From: an uncultured Alphaproteobacteria bacterium
GTDB taxonomy: Bacteria > Pseudomonadota > Alphaproteobacteria > Rhodobacterales > Rhodobacteraceae
Direction of reading: 5' to 3'
Length of the DNA: 64,000 nt
Assembly: GCA_963765555.1 (NCBI GenBank)
Contig: CAVXWX010000007.1
Coordinates: 2,313 to 66,312 of the forward strand
Shown: in pieces, positions 1 to 9,559 of the stretch
Layout of the letters: every line of letters begins with the position of its first letter
Numbering within the stretch: the first letter of the stretch is position 1
Position numbers and translations under genes: made by a program
Notes under the pieces: generated by a model
The model's input: the letters and a program-made list of their open reading frames with translations, nothing else
What the model was told of the DNA's origin: nothing
Database searches by the model: none

Positions 1-1
1 C

Positions 2-106
2 ATGGGCAGTTGCACCCATTACTGCCCCAATGATCTTGATCCCATGTCTGCCATCGCCGGTTTGAAACGCGAAACCGCCAGATCATTCTTCAAAAGGCGC
101 GTCTGA
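2..106 (+). CDS. 3' end of succinate dehydrogenase/fumarate reductase-like iron-sulfur subunit (partial)
   Basis: Manual translation from base 2 gives MGSCTHYCPNDLDPMSAIAGLKRETARSFFKRRV*, the CxxxCP..L.P..AI..LKR end of SdhB/FrdB; its stop overlaps the next ATG. Confidence 0.85.
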   Translation: MGSCTHYCPNDLDPMSAIAGLKRETARSFFKRRV

Positions 107-438
107 TGTTGGACCTTCGTCTTTATATGGCACAACGGATCACCGCCTTGATGATGGCCCCGCTGGTGCTGGGCCATATCGCGGTGATGATCTATGCGGT
201 TCAGGGCGGGTTAAGCACCGCCGAAATTCTGGGCCGCACCCAAGGGTCACTGTTCTGGTTCCTGTTTTACGGCAGTTTTGTTCTGGCCGTCTCCATTCAT
301 GCCGCCATCGGGCTGCGTGTCATTTGCCACGAATGGTTCGGCCTGAAGGCCGGCGCGCTGAACGCCGTATCATGGGCGATCGGACTGGCGCTGTTCGCAC
401 TGGGCGCGCGCGCCGTATTGGCGGTCACATGGGTATGA
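106..438 (+). CDS. SDH/FRD-like membrane anchor subunit (SdhD-like)
   Basis: 110 aa, three hydrophobic helices, QRITA motif and His in IHAAIGLR. Confidence 0.8.
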   Translation: MLDLRLYMAQRITALMMAPLVLGHIAVMIYAVQGGLSTAEILGRTQGSLFWFLFYGSFVLAVSIHAAIGLRVICHEWFGLKAGALNAVSWAIGLALFALGARAVLAVTWV

Positions 439-776
439 TCCGCCCTGCCCGCGCGCATCCGCTTTGGGTGGCTTTTGTGCTGCACCGTCTGTCCGGACTG
501 GGGCTGGCGCTGTTCCTACCGTTGCATTTCTGGGTTCTGTCGCTGGCGCTGACCCAGCCTGACCGGCTCGATGCCTTTTTGCAGTTCACGGACCAACCGA
601 TGGTCAAACTGGCGGAATTCGGATTGGTGTTTCTGCTGGCCGTTCATATGTTTGGCGGCCTGCGCCTGATGGCGATGGAATGGCTGCCGTGGAGCGGCCC
701 GCAAAAAACCTGGGCAGCGGCGGCTGTGGGCGTCGCGTTCCTGATTTCCGGTTCCTTCTTTTTACAGGTGGTCTAG
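435..776 (+). CDS. SDH/FRD-like cytochrome b subunit (SdhC-like)
   Basis: LHRLSG and HMFGGLR heme-ligand motifs, three TM helices; ATGA overlap with upstream gene sets start at 435. Confidence 0.85.
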   Translation: MIRPARAHPLWVAFVLHRLSGLGLALFLPLHFWVLSLALTQPDRLDAFLQFTDQPMVKLAEFGLVFLLAVHMFGGLRLMAMEWLPWSGPQKTWAAAAVGVAFLISGSFFLQVV

Positions 777-779
777 GCT

Positions 780-2543
780 ATGGCACGCAACCCGAAAATC
801 GAACGGCACGACACCGATATCCTGATCCTCGGAACCGGCGGCGCAGGCCTGTTTGCCGCGCTGCACGCCCACCAAAGTGCACCGGAAGGCACAAAAATCA
901 CCATCGCCGTCAAGGGATTGATCGGCAAATGCGGCTGCACCCGCATGGTGCAGGGCGGATACAACGTGGCACTGGGCGGCGGGGACACGGTGGAACGCCA
1001 TTTCATGGACACGATACAGGGCGGCAAATGGCTGCCCGATCAGGACATGGCGTGGCGGCTCTGTGAACAGGCCGTTGTGCGCATCCGCGAATTGGAAAAT
1101 GAAATCGGCTGTTTCTTTGATCGCAATCCCGATGGCACATTGCATCAAAAGGCATTCGCAGGCCAAACCGCCGACCGAACGGTGCACAAGGGCGATCTGA
1201 CAGGGATCGAGATCATCAACCGGCTGATGGAACAGGTGCTGGCCCGTCCGGTTGAAAAACTGCAGGAACACCGCGCAATCGGCCTGATCCCGACCAAGGA
1301 TGGCAGCGCGCTTGCGGGCGTTCTGATGATCGACATGCGCACCGGCGGGTTCCGGTTTGTGCGCGCGAAAACCGTTCTGATGGCCACAGGTGGCGGGCCG
1401 ACCATGTACAAATATCACACGCCATCCGGTGACAAAACGATGGACGGATTGGCCATGGCACTGCGCGTCGGCCTGCCCTTGCGCGACATGGAAATGGTAC
1501 AGTTCCACCCGACGGGCCTGTTGGCCGGTGATCACACCCGTATGACCGGCACCGTATTGGAAGAAGGCCTGCGCGGCGCGGGCGGGCAATTGATCAATCA
1601 CAACGGCGCGCGGTTCATGTTCGATTATGACGCCAAGGGCGAACGCGCGACCCGTGATGTGGTCAGCCGTGGCATCTATGCCGAGATGCGCAAGAACAAC
1701 AATCCCGAACAGGAAGGCGTGTTCATCTCGATGGCGCATCTGGGGCCGGACAATGTACGCCAGAAATTCAAGGGCATGGTCAAACGCTGCGAAGACAGCG
1801 GTTTCGATCTGGCCGCCGGTCAGGTCGAAGTGGTGCCAACGGCGCATTACTTCATGGGCGGTGTCGTTGTCGATGTGGACACCCGCACCGCGATGGAGGG
1901 GCTGTATGTGGCAGGCGAAGATGCCGGTGGCGCCCATGGATCAAATCGTCTGGGCGGCAACGGGGTTGCCAATTCCACGGTCTATGGCGGAATTGCAGGC
2001 GATGTGATGGGGGCCGACATCCGGTCCATGACAGCGTTGCGCGATCCGGACGAAGACGTATTGGCAAGCGAAGTCGAACGGGCCTGCCATCCGCTGACAC
2101 GCACACCTGCCCTTGTCCTGCCTCTGCGCAAGCAATTGCAAGAGGCCATGTGGGACGATGTGGGTGTAATGCGCACGGCGACCGGCATGGCGCGCGGGTT
2201 GAAGCGGATTGCACAAATCTCGGATGACCTGATGGAGATTGGCGTGGCGGCGGATAACCTTGCCTACAACCTCACGTGGCATGACTGGCTGAATTTGCGA
2301 TCGCTTTGTGATATATCCGCGGTGATCACCAAAGCAGGGCAGGCGCGCGAAAATTCACGCGGTGCCCATTTCCGCGAGGATTTTCCCGATCCCGGCGCGA
2401 TGGAAGACAGTTATTTCACGGTAGCAACACAAAATGGCGAGGACATAGACGTGACCCGCAAACCTGTAGACTTCACCATCGTCCGACCGGGCGAAACCGT
2501 GTTACCCTCATGCGCACCGGAAACGCTAGTGGCGCAACCATGA
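780..2543 (+). CDS. SdhA/FrdA/NadB-family flavoprotein subunit, non-canonical
   Basis: GTGGAG FAD motif, QFHPT, RDVVSR, PTAHYFMGG, NRLGGN, RENSRGAHFREDFP; the covalent-FAD His is absent (KCGCTRMVQGG). Confidence 0.92.
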   Translation: MARNPKIERHDTDILILGTGGAGLFAALHAHQSAPEGTKITIAVKGLIGKCGCTRMVQGGYNVALGGGDTVERHFMDTIQGGKWLPDQDMAWRLCEQAVVRIRELENEIGCFFDRNPDGTLHQKAFAGQTADRTVHKGDLTGIEIINRLMEQVLARPVEKLQEHRAIGLIPTKDGSALAGVLMIDMRTGGFRFVRAKTVLMATGGGPTMYKYHTPSGDKTMDGLAMALRVGLPLRDMEMVQFHPTGLLAGDHTRMTGTVLEEGLRGAGGQLINHNGARFMFDYDAKGERATRDVVSRGIYAEMRKNNNPEQEGVFISMAHLGPDNVRQKFKGMVKRCEDSGFDLAAGQVEVVPTAHYFMGGVVVDVDTRTAMEGLYVAGEDAGGAHGSNRLGGNGVANSTVYGGIAGDVMGADIRSMTALRDPDEDVLASEVERACHPLTRTPALVLPLRKQLQEAMWDDVGVMRTATGMARGLKRIAQISDDLMEIGVAADNLAYNLTWHDWLNLRSLCDISAVITKAGQARENSRGAHFREDFPDPGAMEDSYFTVATQNGEDIDVTRKPVDFTIVRPGETVLPSCAPETLVAQP

Positions 2544-3391
2544 ACAAAGATAAACTAAAACTGAATATCGTCGATGAAACCGCCGCTTTGCAGGATCTCT
2601 GCGTCTGCCGCGGAACCTCGGTGCCGGACTATGAAGGCTATGTGAACCCGCACCCGGAATTCACCAAGTACCCGACGAAACCGTGGAATAAATCCCTACT
2701 TTTGGAACAACAAGACGGATTTTTTTCGCTCTTGGATAAGTACGGCGTCCGGCTTCACTTTCCCGAAACCGACCCTGCACTGCCGTGGCAGATGTACACC
2801 CGCGACACAGGGTTTGTCGTTGGAAACAAACTTTTCTTTTGCGCCCAACGCGGACTCCCCGAACGTGAAGGAGAGATTGCAGCTTTGCGTCTTGGCCTGA
2901 CAGGTTTGGCGGACACCGATTTTGTCGCGATCAACAGTGGCCGGATTGAAGGGGGCGATGTGATCGTCGACAAAGGCATGGCTTATGTCGGAGTAAGTGG
3001 CCGCACGACGATGGACGCAGTTGCGGAACTGCGCCAGCATGTCGAGGTCTTACCGCTTTATCTGGGTGAAAACGTCATGCACCTGGACACACGCATGACC
3101 ATTCTACCGCGCGAGCACCTGTTGATCCACTTCCCGACATTCACTCAAGATGATCTGACCTTGCTTCGCCGCCATTTCAAATTGATTGAGGTCACAGACC
3201 AAGAGGCAAAGACCCTTGGTACGAACGTTTTTGTCATTAATCCGGAAACGATAGTCACCGATCCCGGACATGCACGGATTGCAGACGCGCTGCGCGATGC
3301 CGGATTTCGCGTTGAACCCGTTGCCTATTCTGAACCCATTGCCTTGGCCGGGTCATTTAGATGCTCAACGATGCCGCTGACGCGGGCATGA
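2540..3391 (+). CDS. Pentein-superfamily hydrolase (amidinotransferase/dimethylarginine dimethylaminohydrolase family)
   Basis: YTRD, IEGGDV, MHLDT and GSFRCSTMPL motifs; ATGA overlap with flavoprotein stop. Confidence 0.85.
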   Translation: MNKDKLKLNIVDETAALQDLCVCRGTSVPDYEGYVNPHPEFTKYPTKPWNKSLLLEQQDGFFSLLDKYGVRLHFPETDPALPWQMYTRDTGFVVGNKLFFCAQRGLPEREGEIAALRLGLTGLADTDFVAINSGRIEGGDVIVDKGMAYVGVSGRTTMDAVAELRQHVEVLPLYLGENVMHLDTRMTILPREHLLIHFPTFTQDDLTLLRRHFKLIEVTDQEAKTLGTNVFVINPETIVTDPGHARIADALRDAGFRVEPVAYSEPIALAGSFRCSTMPLTRA

Positions 3392-3413
3392 TGTGTTGCA
3401 CAGGATATAAACC

Positions 3414-4370
3414 ATGATCCCCATAAACCTGATCCAGAACACCGCCGAGGTCTTGATGGACAAGGCCGCCATTGAAATCCCGCAGGATTATCTTGACGGG
3501 CTCAAGGCCGCCGCGAAATCAGAAGATGGCGATCTGTCATCCTTTGTGTTGCAGGCAATGCTGGACAATTACAAAGCCGCCAAGGAAGACCGCCGCGCCA
3601 TGTGCGGCGATACCGGCACACCGCGCTGGTATGTCAAAATGGGCAACGACACCCAGATCGAAGGCGGGCCCATCGCGCTTGAGGCCGCGTTGCGCCGCGC
3701 GACCGCCAATGCCACCAATGGTGTGCCGCTGCGCCCCAACAGGGTGCATCCGCTGTGGCGGACCGATCACAACAACAATGTTGGTATCGGCGCGCCGGAA
3801 ATAGAATACGGCTATGAACCCGGCGGCGAATGGATTGACCTGATTACAGTGCACAAAGGCGGATTGTTCGGCACCGATTACCGGATGCTGTTTCCGTCAG
3901 ATGGTATTCAGGGCATCAAACGCTTTTACCTCGACAGCCTTGTTGCGTTTGGCAAACGCGGGTTGGCCTGCCAGCCCGCAATCATCGGGATCGGGCTGGG
4001 CGGGTGCAAGGATACATGCATGGTTCTGGGCAAGCGCGCCGCCTGTCTGCGTGTTGTCGGCAGCCGCAATTCGGATCCCCGCATCGCGGAAATGGAGGAC
4101 GAATTCAAAGAACTTGGCAATTCCATTGGTATGGGCGCGATGGGGTTTGTCGGCAAGAACATGGTCATCGATTGCAATATTGAAGTGGGCTATTGCCACA
4201 CCGGCGGGATGCAGATGTCGGTGCATGCATTCTGCCTGTCTTCGCGCCGCGCCGTCGCCCGCGTGTATGCCGATGGGCGGGTGGAATATCGCACCGATCC
4301 GGACTGGTTCACCGATTACCAACGCCGCGAAACCGTCGATTGGGAACAAACGATGGAGGCCGCAGAATGA
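3414..4370 (+). CDS. Fe-S hydro-lyase alpha subunit (fumarate hydratase class I/tartrate dehydratase alpha family)
   Basis: CGDTG, ACQP..IGIGLGG, N..GIG.MG..G and third Cys in AFCLSSRRA. Confidence 0.9.
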   Translation: MIPINLIQNTAEVLMDKAAIEIPQDYLDGLKAAAKSEDGDLSSFVLQAMLDNYKAAKEDRRAMCGDTGTPRWYVKMGNDTQIEGGPIALEAALRRATANATNGVPLRPNRVHPLWRTDHNNNVGIGAPEIEYGYEPGGEWIDLITVHKGGLFGTDYRMLFPSDGIQGIKRFYLDSLVAFGKRGLACQPAIIGIGLGGCKDTCMVLGKRAACLRVVGSRNSDPRIAEMEDEFKELGNSIGMGAMGFVGKNMVIDCNIEVGYCHTGGMQMSVHAFCLSSRRAVARVYADGRVEYRTDPDWFTDYQRRETVDWEQTMEAAE

Positions 4371-5257
4371 AAACGGCCGATTTGCTGTCACGCGTATCAG
4401 ACCAGCGTCATTTGACATGGGTCGGTTTTGAAACCGACACCATTTTCAATCACGGCATTGATCTGCCGGAGTTTGCGGCCTTCCCCCTAATGGAAACGAC
4501 AGAGGGGCGCGCGCTGTTGTGTCGGTCGATGGAAATGCAATCAAACACGGCTGGCACCCATGGCCTTGGTGTGATTGTAGAAGCGCCAACATGGATTGCG
4601 AATGCAGACAGGGCCGCACCTCTCGGATACAGCGCCGCCGATCTGGTCGACGTCAACCGCGAAGCCGTTGCCTTGTGCCGCCAGACCGTACCCGACGCGA
4701 TCATCAGCTTGAATGTCGGGCCGCGCGGGGACGGGTACGAGGCCGGGACAATGTCAATTGCCCAGTCGCAAGACTACCACAGTGCGCAAATCGCAGCGGG
4801 AGCCGCTGCCGATCTGGTGTCAGGCTACACTCTGGCCAGCCCAAAGGAAGCCGCCGGAATAGCGCTTGCATCGGCGGCGCAGGGGTTACCTTGTGTGATT
4901 TCCCTGACTGTTGAAACCGATGGAAAGTTGGCAGACGGCACATCGCTCAGCAATGCGATTGCCGAAATTGATGCCGCAACAGGTCACGGCCCCGCGTATT
5001 ACATGGTGAATTGTGCGCATCCCGACCACTTTGGTGACGCGTTAGATTCTGACCGGATCAAGGGCGTCGTGGTGAACGCATCCCGCCAGTCGCACGCCGA
5101 ACTGGACAACGCCACCGAATTGGACGCAGGCGATCCGTGTGAACTGGCGCGTCAGGTGGCGGCGCTTGCCCACCTCCACCCTAATCTTCGGGTTTTTGGC
5201 GGCTGCTGTGGCACAGATGCACGCCATCTGGATCAAATGGGAAAGGCTTTGGCATGA
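4367..5257 (+). CDS. Homocysteine S-methyltransferase family protein
   Basis: GPRGDGY, YMVNCAHP and GGCCGTD Zn-binding motifs; ATGA overlaps at both ends. Confidence 0.85.
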   Translation: MKTADLLSRVSDQRHLTWVGFETDTIFNHGIDLPEFAAFPLMETTEGRALLCRSMEMQSNTAGTHGLGVIVEAPTWIANADRAAPLGYSAADLVDVNREAVALCRQTVPDAIISLNVGPRGDGYEAGTMSIAQSQDYHSAQIAAGAAADLVSGYTLASPKEAAGIALASAAQGLPCVISLTVETDGKLADGTSLSNAIAEIDAATGHGPAYYMVNCAHPDHFGDALDSDRIKGVVVNASRQSHAELDNATELDAGDPCELARQVAALAHLHPNLRVFGGCCGTDARHLDQMGKALA

Positions 5258-5922
5258 AACCCCGTGAAATACGCCTGTCCACCACCCCCACGCCCGAAGA
5301 CATTGCCCAATTGCGCCTTGGCGACATCGTCTATCTGGACGGGCTGATGTACACAGCGCGCGAAGGCGTTTACATGCGCGCGCTTGAGGATCAGGCGAAT
5401 ATCCCGATGGAACTGCCATCGCAAAGCGCGGCCAATTTCCACTGTTCGCCGGCCGCGCGGATCAATGCGGACGGATCTTTTGAAATGGGGGCGGTGACGG
5501 CCACCGCATCGTTTCGGTTTGCCAAATGGTTGCCGGAATGGATGGCCAAGACCGGCGCGAAACTGATCATCGGCAAAGGCGGTATGACATCAAAGGACTA
5601 CAAGGAATATTTTGTGCCCAACGGGGCTGTTTACCTGTCTACCGTTGGTTACGGCACCGGCGCGCTGCTGGGGCGCGGTGTTGAAAATGTCGAAGCGGTC
5701 CACTGGAACGAGGAACTGGGCCTTGCCCAGGCAATGTGGGTGATCAAGTGCAACAAGATGGGGCCGTTCATCGTGGCATCCGACCTGAACGGGGATTGCC
5801 TGTTTGAACGCGAAAACGCCAAGATCGCAAAGAACCTGGAACGGGTCTATGAAGGCACAAAACCGGCCGTGTTGAAACGCTACGGCGAAACCGACGACAG
5901 GTCGGACGAGGTGATCGGCTAA
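5254..5922 (+). CDS. Fe-S hydro-lyase beta subunit (fumarate hydratase/tartrate dehydratase beta family)
   Basis: L.LGD.VYLDG..YTARE, IIGKGGM, ELGLAQAMW, GPFIVASD..G. Confidence 0.9.
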   Translation: MKPREIRLSTTPTPEDIAQLRLGDIVYLDGLMYTAREGVYMRALEDQANIPMELPSQSAANFHCSPAARINADGSFEMGAVTATASFRFAKWLPEWMAKTGAKLIIGKGGMTSKDYKEYFVPNGAVYLSTVGYGTGALLGRGVENVEAVHWNEELGLAQAMWVIKCNKMGPFIVASDLNGDCLFERENAKIAKNLERVYEGTKPAVLKRYGETDDRSDEVIG

Positions 5923-6536
5923 AGCCCGTGTTGTGCGAGCGCCGCCTGTACGGCAGGACGCGCGCGCATTGCATCTGTGTGCGCGGACAGCTTGGGATAA
6001 TCAGCCAGATCAACGCCGCTGGCCACCATCCAGCGGTGCACCAGAAACAGGTAGGGGTCGCACATCGAATACCGCGCGCCCAGCGCCCAAGGCCCCTTTA
6101 ACAGGTGCTCTTCGACAAAACTCGCGCCTTCTGCGATGTTGGTTGCCACCTTCGCCTGCATCGCCGCTATCGCAGCGGGTTCGTCGGCCCAGCGTGCCGC
6201 GCGCGCCTTGTGCGCAAAGGCGACGTGCAAGGTGGATGCAATGTACCCGTTCAACGCCTGCGCTTGCGCAAAGGCGAACGGATCGGTCGGGGCAAGTTCT
6301 AGTTCGGGATTCGCCTGCGCCAGATAGGCCAGTATCGCCGGATTTTCCGTTAGCACGCCTTGGGGTGTCTCCAACGCAGGCACCCGTCCCTTTGGATTGA
6401 TCGCGAGATATTCCGGTGTCAGGTGCGCCTTGTCCGGGATTGAAACAACTACCGTTTCATATGGAGCGCCAATTTCTTCCAGCAGGATGTGGGCGGCAAG
6501 GGCAGAACTGCCTTTGGACAGATAGAGTTTATACAT
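5919..6536 (-). CDS. Glutathione S-transferase family protein
   Basis: INPKGRVPAL, LTENPAILAYL, YSMCDPYL; 205 aa. Confidence 0.9.
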   Translation of the reverse strand: MYKLYLSKGSSALAAHILLEEIGAPYETVVVSIPDKAHLTPEYLAINPKGRVPALETPQGVLTENPAILAYLAQANPELELAPTDPFAFAQAQALNGYIASTLHVAFAHKARAARWADEPAAIAAMQAKVATNIAEGASFVEEHLLKGPWALGARYSMCDPYLFLVHRWMVASGVDLADYPKLSAHTDAMRARPAVQAALAQHGL

Positions 6537-6564
6537 TGGCTGACGGGCTTCCTATTGGGGCGGA

Positions 6565-7704
6565 TCACGAAGACGTGCGCGTCTTTTCCAGCGACAGTGT
6601 TTGATAAGGAATTAGACTGTCCGGCAGGGTTTCAATACCCAGGCCGGGAGCGCTGCCCAATTTCCACTGACCGCCCGCCAGGCCTTCGCCTGCGAACGCA
6701 TCCCGCAACGGGTTCGGGTTTACATCCACCTCCAGCAACCCCGAACCACCCGCCGCCGCCAACAAATGTGCCGAGGCACGCAGCCCGATCCCGCCGCCCA
6801 GAAAATGCGGGCAATAAGTACAGTTCGCCTGCAATGCGGCCTGCGCCACGCGCAAACATCCGGTAACGCCGCCCCATTTGGCCACATCCGGTTGCACGTA
6901 TTTGACATGGCCCGCCTCAATGGCCTGAGAAAACGCGGCTTCTGTGGCGATGTTTTCACCCGCTGCAATCGGCGTCTTGATCTTGGCGGCAAGGGTTGCC
7001 CATTCGTGTTCTGGCCGATCCGCGGCAATAGGCTCTTCAATCCACCCAAGGCCAAGCGCATCTCCCCGCGCCATGAAATCAAGGGTCCGGGGCACATCCC
7101 ATGCCTGATTGGCGTCTGCCATCACCTGTTCGTTTGTATTGAGCGCCTCGGACACCGCCGCGAGAGTTTCAAAGTCAGCTTGATCATCAAAGCCCACCTT
7201 GATCTTGAACGCCCTGAACCCGTGCTTGCGGGCGTTGGCAACCTGATCTGCCGCCTTGGCTGCGGCAATGCCACTGGCATAACACGGTACAGCATCCGCA
7301 GCGGACGGGTTCAGATAACGCGCCATCGGCAGGCCCGCGCGCCGTGCCACCATGTCGTGCAAGGCCGTGTCCAGACCGGCCAGCACCTGCCAGAACGGTC
7401 CCCATTCCCCGGCCTGCAACGCGCGAATTCGGGTTTGACGCGTCAGTGTTTCCCAAATCTCGGATGGGGTGCCGGCATCGCAGCCGAATACAAGGTCGGC
7501 AACGTCCATCATCAGCAATCGCGCGCGATGTTCAGCGCCGGCGGCGGGCCAGTTGGCAAAAATCTCGCCCCAGCCAAAAGCGCCGTCATCAGCGGTAAGT
7601 TGAACAAAAACCGCCGGCCGGTCGTGCATCAAACCAAAAGATGTAGCAACAGGTGCCTCGGTCGGAACACGAAACACAGACACGGCTATGCGTTCAATCT
7701 TCAA
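6565..7704 (-). CDS. Mandelate racemase/muconate lactonizing enzyme family protein
   Basis: GWGE, FKIKVG (KxK), DANQ, IEEP, AGEN, QPD, PH motifs. Confidence 0.9.
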   Translation of the reverse strand: MKIERIAVSVFRVPTEAPVATSFGLMHDRPAVFVQLTADDGAFGWGEIFANWPAAGAEHRARLLMMDVADLVFGCDAGTPSEIWETLTRQTRIRALQAGEWGPFWQVLAGLDTALHDMVARRAGLPMARYLNPSAADAVPCYASGIAAAKAADQVANARKHGFRAFKIKVGFDDQADFETLAAVSEALNTNEQVMADANQAWDVPRTLDFMARGDALGLGWIEEPIAADRPEHEWATLAAKIKTPIAAGENIATEAAFSQAIEAGHVKYVQPDVAKWGGVTGCLRVAQAALQANCTYCPHFLGGGIGLRASAHLLAAAGGSGLLEVDVNPNPLRDAFAGEGLAGGQWKLGSAPGLGIETLPDSLIPYQTLSLEKTRTSS

Positions 7705-7752
7705 GCGTGTTTCCTTTCTGTTCAGACTATTGGATCACCGCATCACCCCGAA

Positions 7753-8496
7753 TCACAACAATTCGCGCATCAGCAAGACGGAGCCTGACACAAAGGTCAG
7801 CCCGATCAACATTCTGCGAAACTGATCGTCGGACAGGCGTTTGAAAATTGCGATGCCCACTTGCGCCGCCAACAAGGCCGCCGGCAGCGCTACCGCGAGA
7901 TAGTAAAGCGTTTGCTTTGTATATGCCCCCTGCAATGCCAGCATGAGTGCCGTCAGCGACAAAACCACCACGTTGAAAGGCTGCAAGACAGCGCGTGTTT
8001 CTGATTTGGGCCAAGGCCGCATGGAACACCACATCGTTGGCAGCGCCCCCGAAAGTGAGGCCGTTCCGCCCAACACCCCACCGGCAAAGCCGATGAGACC
8101 GTCAATAACCGGCGTGCGCCGTTCAATCCGTGGCAACGTGCTGCGCAGGCTGAAAAAACCGCCGTAGATCAACAAAAAAACAGCAATGATGATCTTCAGA
8201 GAACGTGGTTCGATATACGCCAGGGCCGCAACGCCCAGAGGTATGCCAAACAAGGCTGGCACCAGAAACCGCAGCAGGCGACGCGGATTGTCCCAGATCG
8301 CATGGCGCACGATCCACATGCCCTGAAATCCGCTGACGACAGACAGCACAACCACAATAGCGACGGCTTGTACCGGTGGCATGATATTCAGGAAGAATCC
8401 CAAGGCAAACAAAGCCGTACCAAACCCGGCCAACCCGTTTATCAGCCCCCCGGCGCTGGCCCCAAGGATCAGCAAAATCAGTATTTCGGCACTCAT
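7753..8496 (-). CDS. TauE/SafE (TSUP) family exporter
   Basis: GLINGLAGFG and GGVLGG...SG repeats, about 8 TM helices, 247 aa. Confidence 0.85.
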   Translation of the reverse strand: MSAEILILLILGASAGGLINGLAGFGTALFALGFFLNIMPPVQAVAIVVVLSVVSGFQGMWIVRHAIWDNPRRLLRFLVPALFGIPLGVAALAYIEPRSLKIIIAVFLLIYGGFFSLRSTLPRIERRTPVIDGLIGFAGGVLGGTASLSGALPTMWCSMRPWPKSETRAVLQPFNVVVLSLTALMLALQGAYTKQTLYYLAVALPAALLAAQVGIAIFKRLSDDQFRRMLIGLTFVSGSVLLMRELL

Positions 8497-9407
8497 CGCA
8501 CGCCGCCCGATCGTACTGGAAGCGGCCTGAACTCGCCGATTTCAATGGCTTGCTGAAAGGCTTTGTGCAGTTCATCCACGACACGCAGGCGCAAACTGTC
8601 TTTCTTGTACGCCAGCCCGATCTGGCGCACCGGCGCATCATCACCAAGTGACAGGCGTTTGATTGGCAGCGCATTCACAGGACGAACCGAATGCACAGGA
8701 ACAATTGAAACGCCAAGGTTGGCATACACCATGCTGGAAATCGCTTCGAGACTGTCCAGTTCCATTGTTTCTTGCACAACCAGTTTTTTGGATTGAATCC
8801 ACGCTTCGATCAGGGTCCCGACCACGGCTTCGCGGTTGAACCGGATAAACGAATGCTTTTGCAACAACTCGAAAGGATCATTGCTTTGGGTTTCCAGTGA
8901 AGCCAGAAGTTGCATGGGTTCATCCGCAATATGCAAAAACTCCAAACCAACCGGCAAGGCGGCGGGGCGCGAAACGACACCGGCATCAATGGCACCCCGT
9001 TCGATCTGCATGAGAAGTGCAGATGTCAGGCCGGGCTGGATACGCACCCGCAACTCGGGAAAAGGTTGTTTCAAGATGGCCATCGCCAAGGGCGCAAGAC
9101 CAGTCAGCATGGTGGGCAACGCCCCAAGAACCACTTCGCCCCGCACACCCTGATCGCCCAGCGCGGCGGCGACAAGATTGTCATAATCGTGCACGATCTG
9201 GCGCGCCTTGGCGACAATGGCACGGCCCGACTGCGTCAGTTCGGGGGTGCGTTTAGAGCGATCAAACAATGCCACATTCAATTCAAGCTCAAGCGCACGC
9301 ATTTGCTGGCTCACAGCCGCATGTGTCACCAAAACAGCGTCAGCGGCCGCGCTGAAGGTTTTATGTTCAGCTACGGCGATCAGCGTCCGCAGCATCCTGA
9401 TCGACAT
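8493..9407 (-). CDS. LysR-family transcriptional regulator
   Basis: N-terminal HTH TFSAAADAVLVTHAAVSQQMRALE..L...LFDR; divergent from tctC. Confidence 0.95.
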   Translation of the reverse strand: MSIRMLRTLIAVAEHKTFSAAADAVLVTHAAVSQQMRALELELNVALFDRSKRTPELTQSGRAIVAKARQIVHDYDNLVAAALGDQGVRGEVVLGALPTMLTGLAPLAMAILKQPFPELRVRIQPGLTSALLMQIERGAIDAGVVSRPAALPVGLEFLHIADEPMQLLASLETQSNDPFELLQKHSFIRFNREAVVGTLIEAWIQSKKLVVQETMELDSLEAISSMVYANLGVSIVPVHSVRPVNALPIKRLSLGDDAPVRQIGLAYKKDSLRLRVVDELHKAFQQAIEIGEFRPLPVRSGGVR

Positions 9408-9559
9408 TCCCTGCCCCTTCGTGCCCGTTTTTGTAAGTAAAAGTATCGAAATTTGTAAGACTTTATTGCTTATTAAAAGCTTGTCTTAACAATATAAAAA
9501 GTCAAGGGTTCACATCAGTTACCATTAAGGTGAAGCTAGAAAAAAACAGGGAGGAAAAA
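9408..9559. promoter_or_regulatory. AT-rich divergent promoter region between lysR and tctC, with candidate LysR operator TAAG-N9-CTTA at 9456-9472
   Basis: Markedly AT-rich intergenic segment between divergent genes; dyad seen directly. Confidence 0.5.

Noticed and set aside
780-2543. Calling the flavoprotein housekeeping sdhA or nadB
   Set aside because: It has no covalent-FAD His, an unusual gene order, no TCA or nadA/nadC neighbours, and its own Fe-S and anchor subunits
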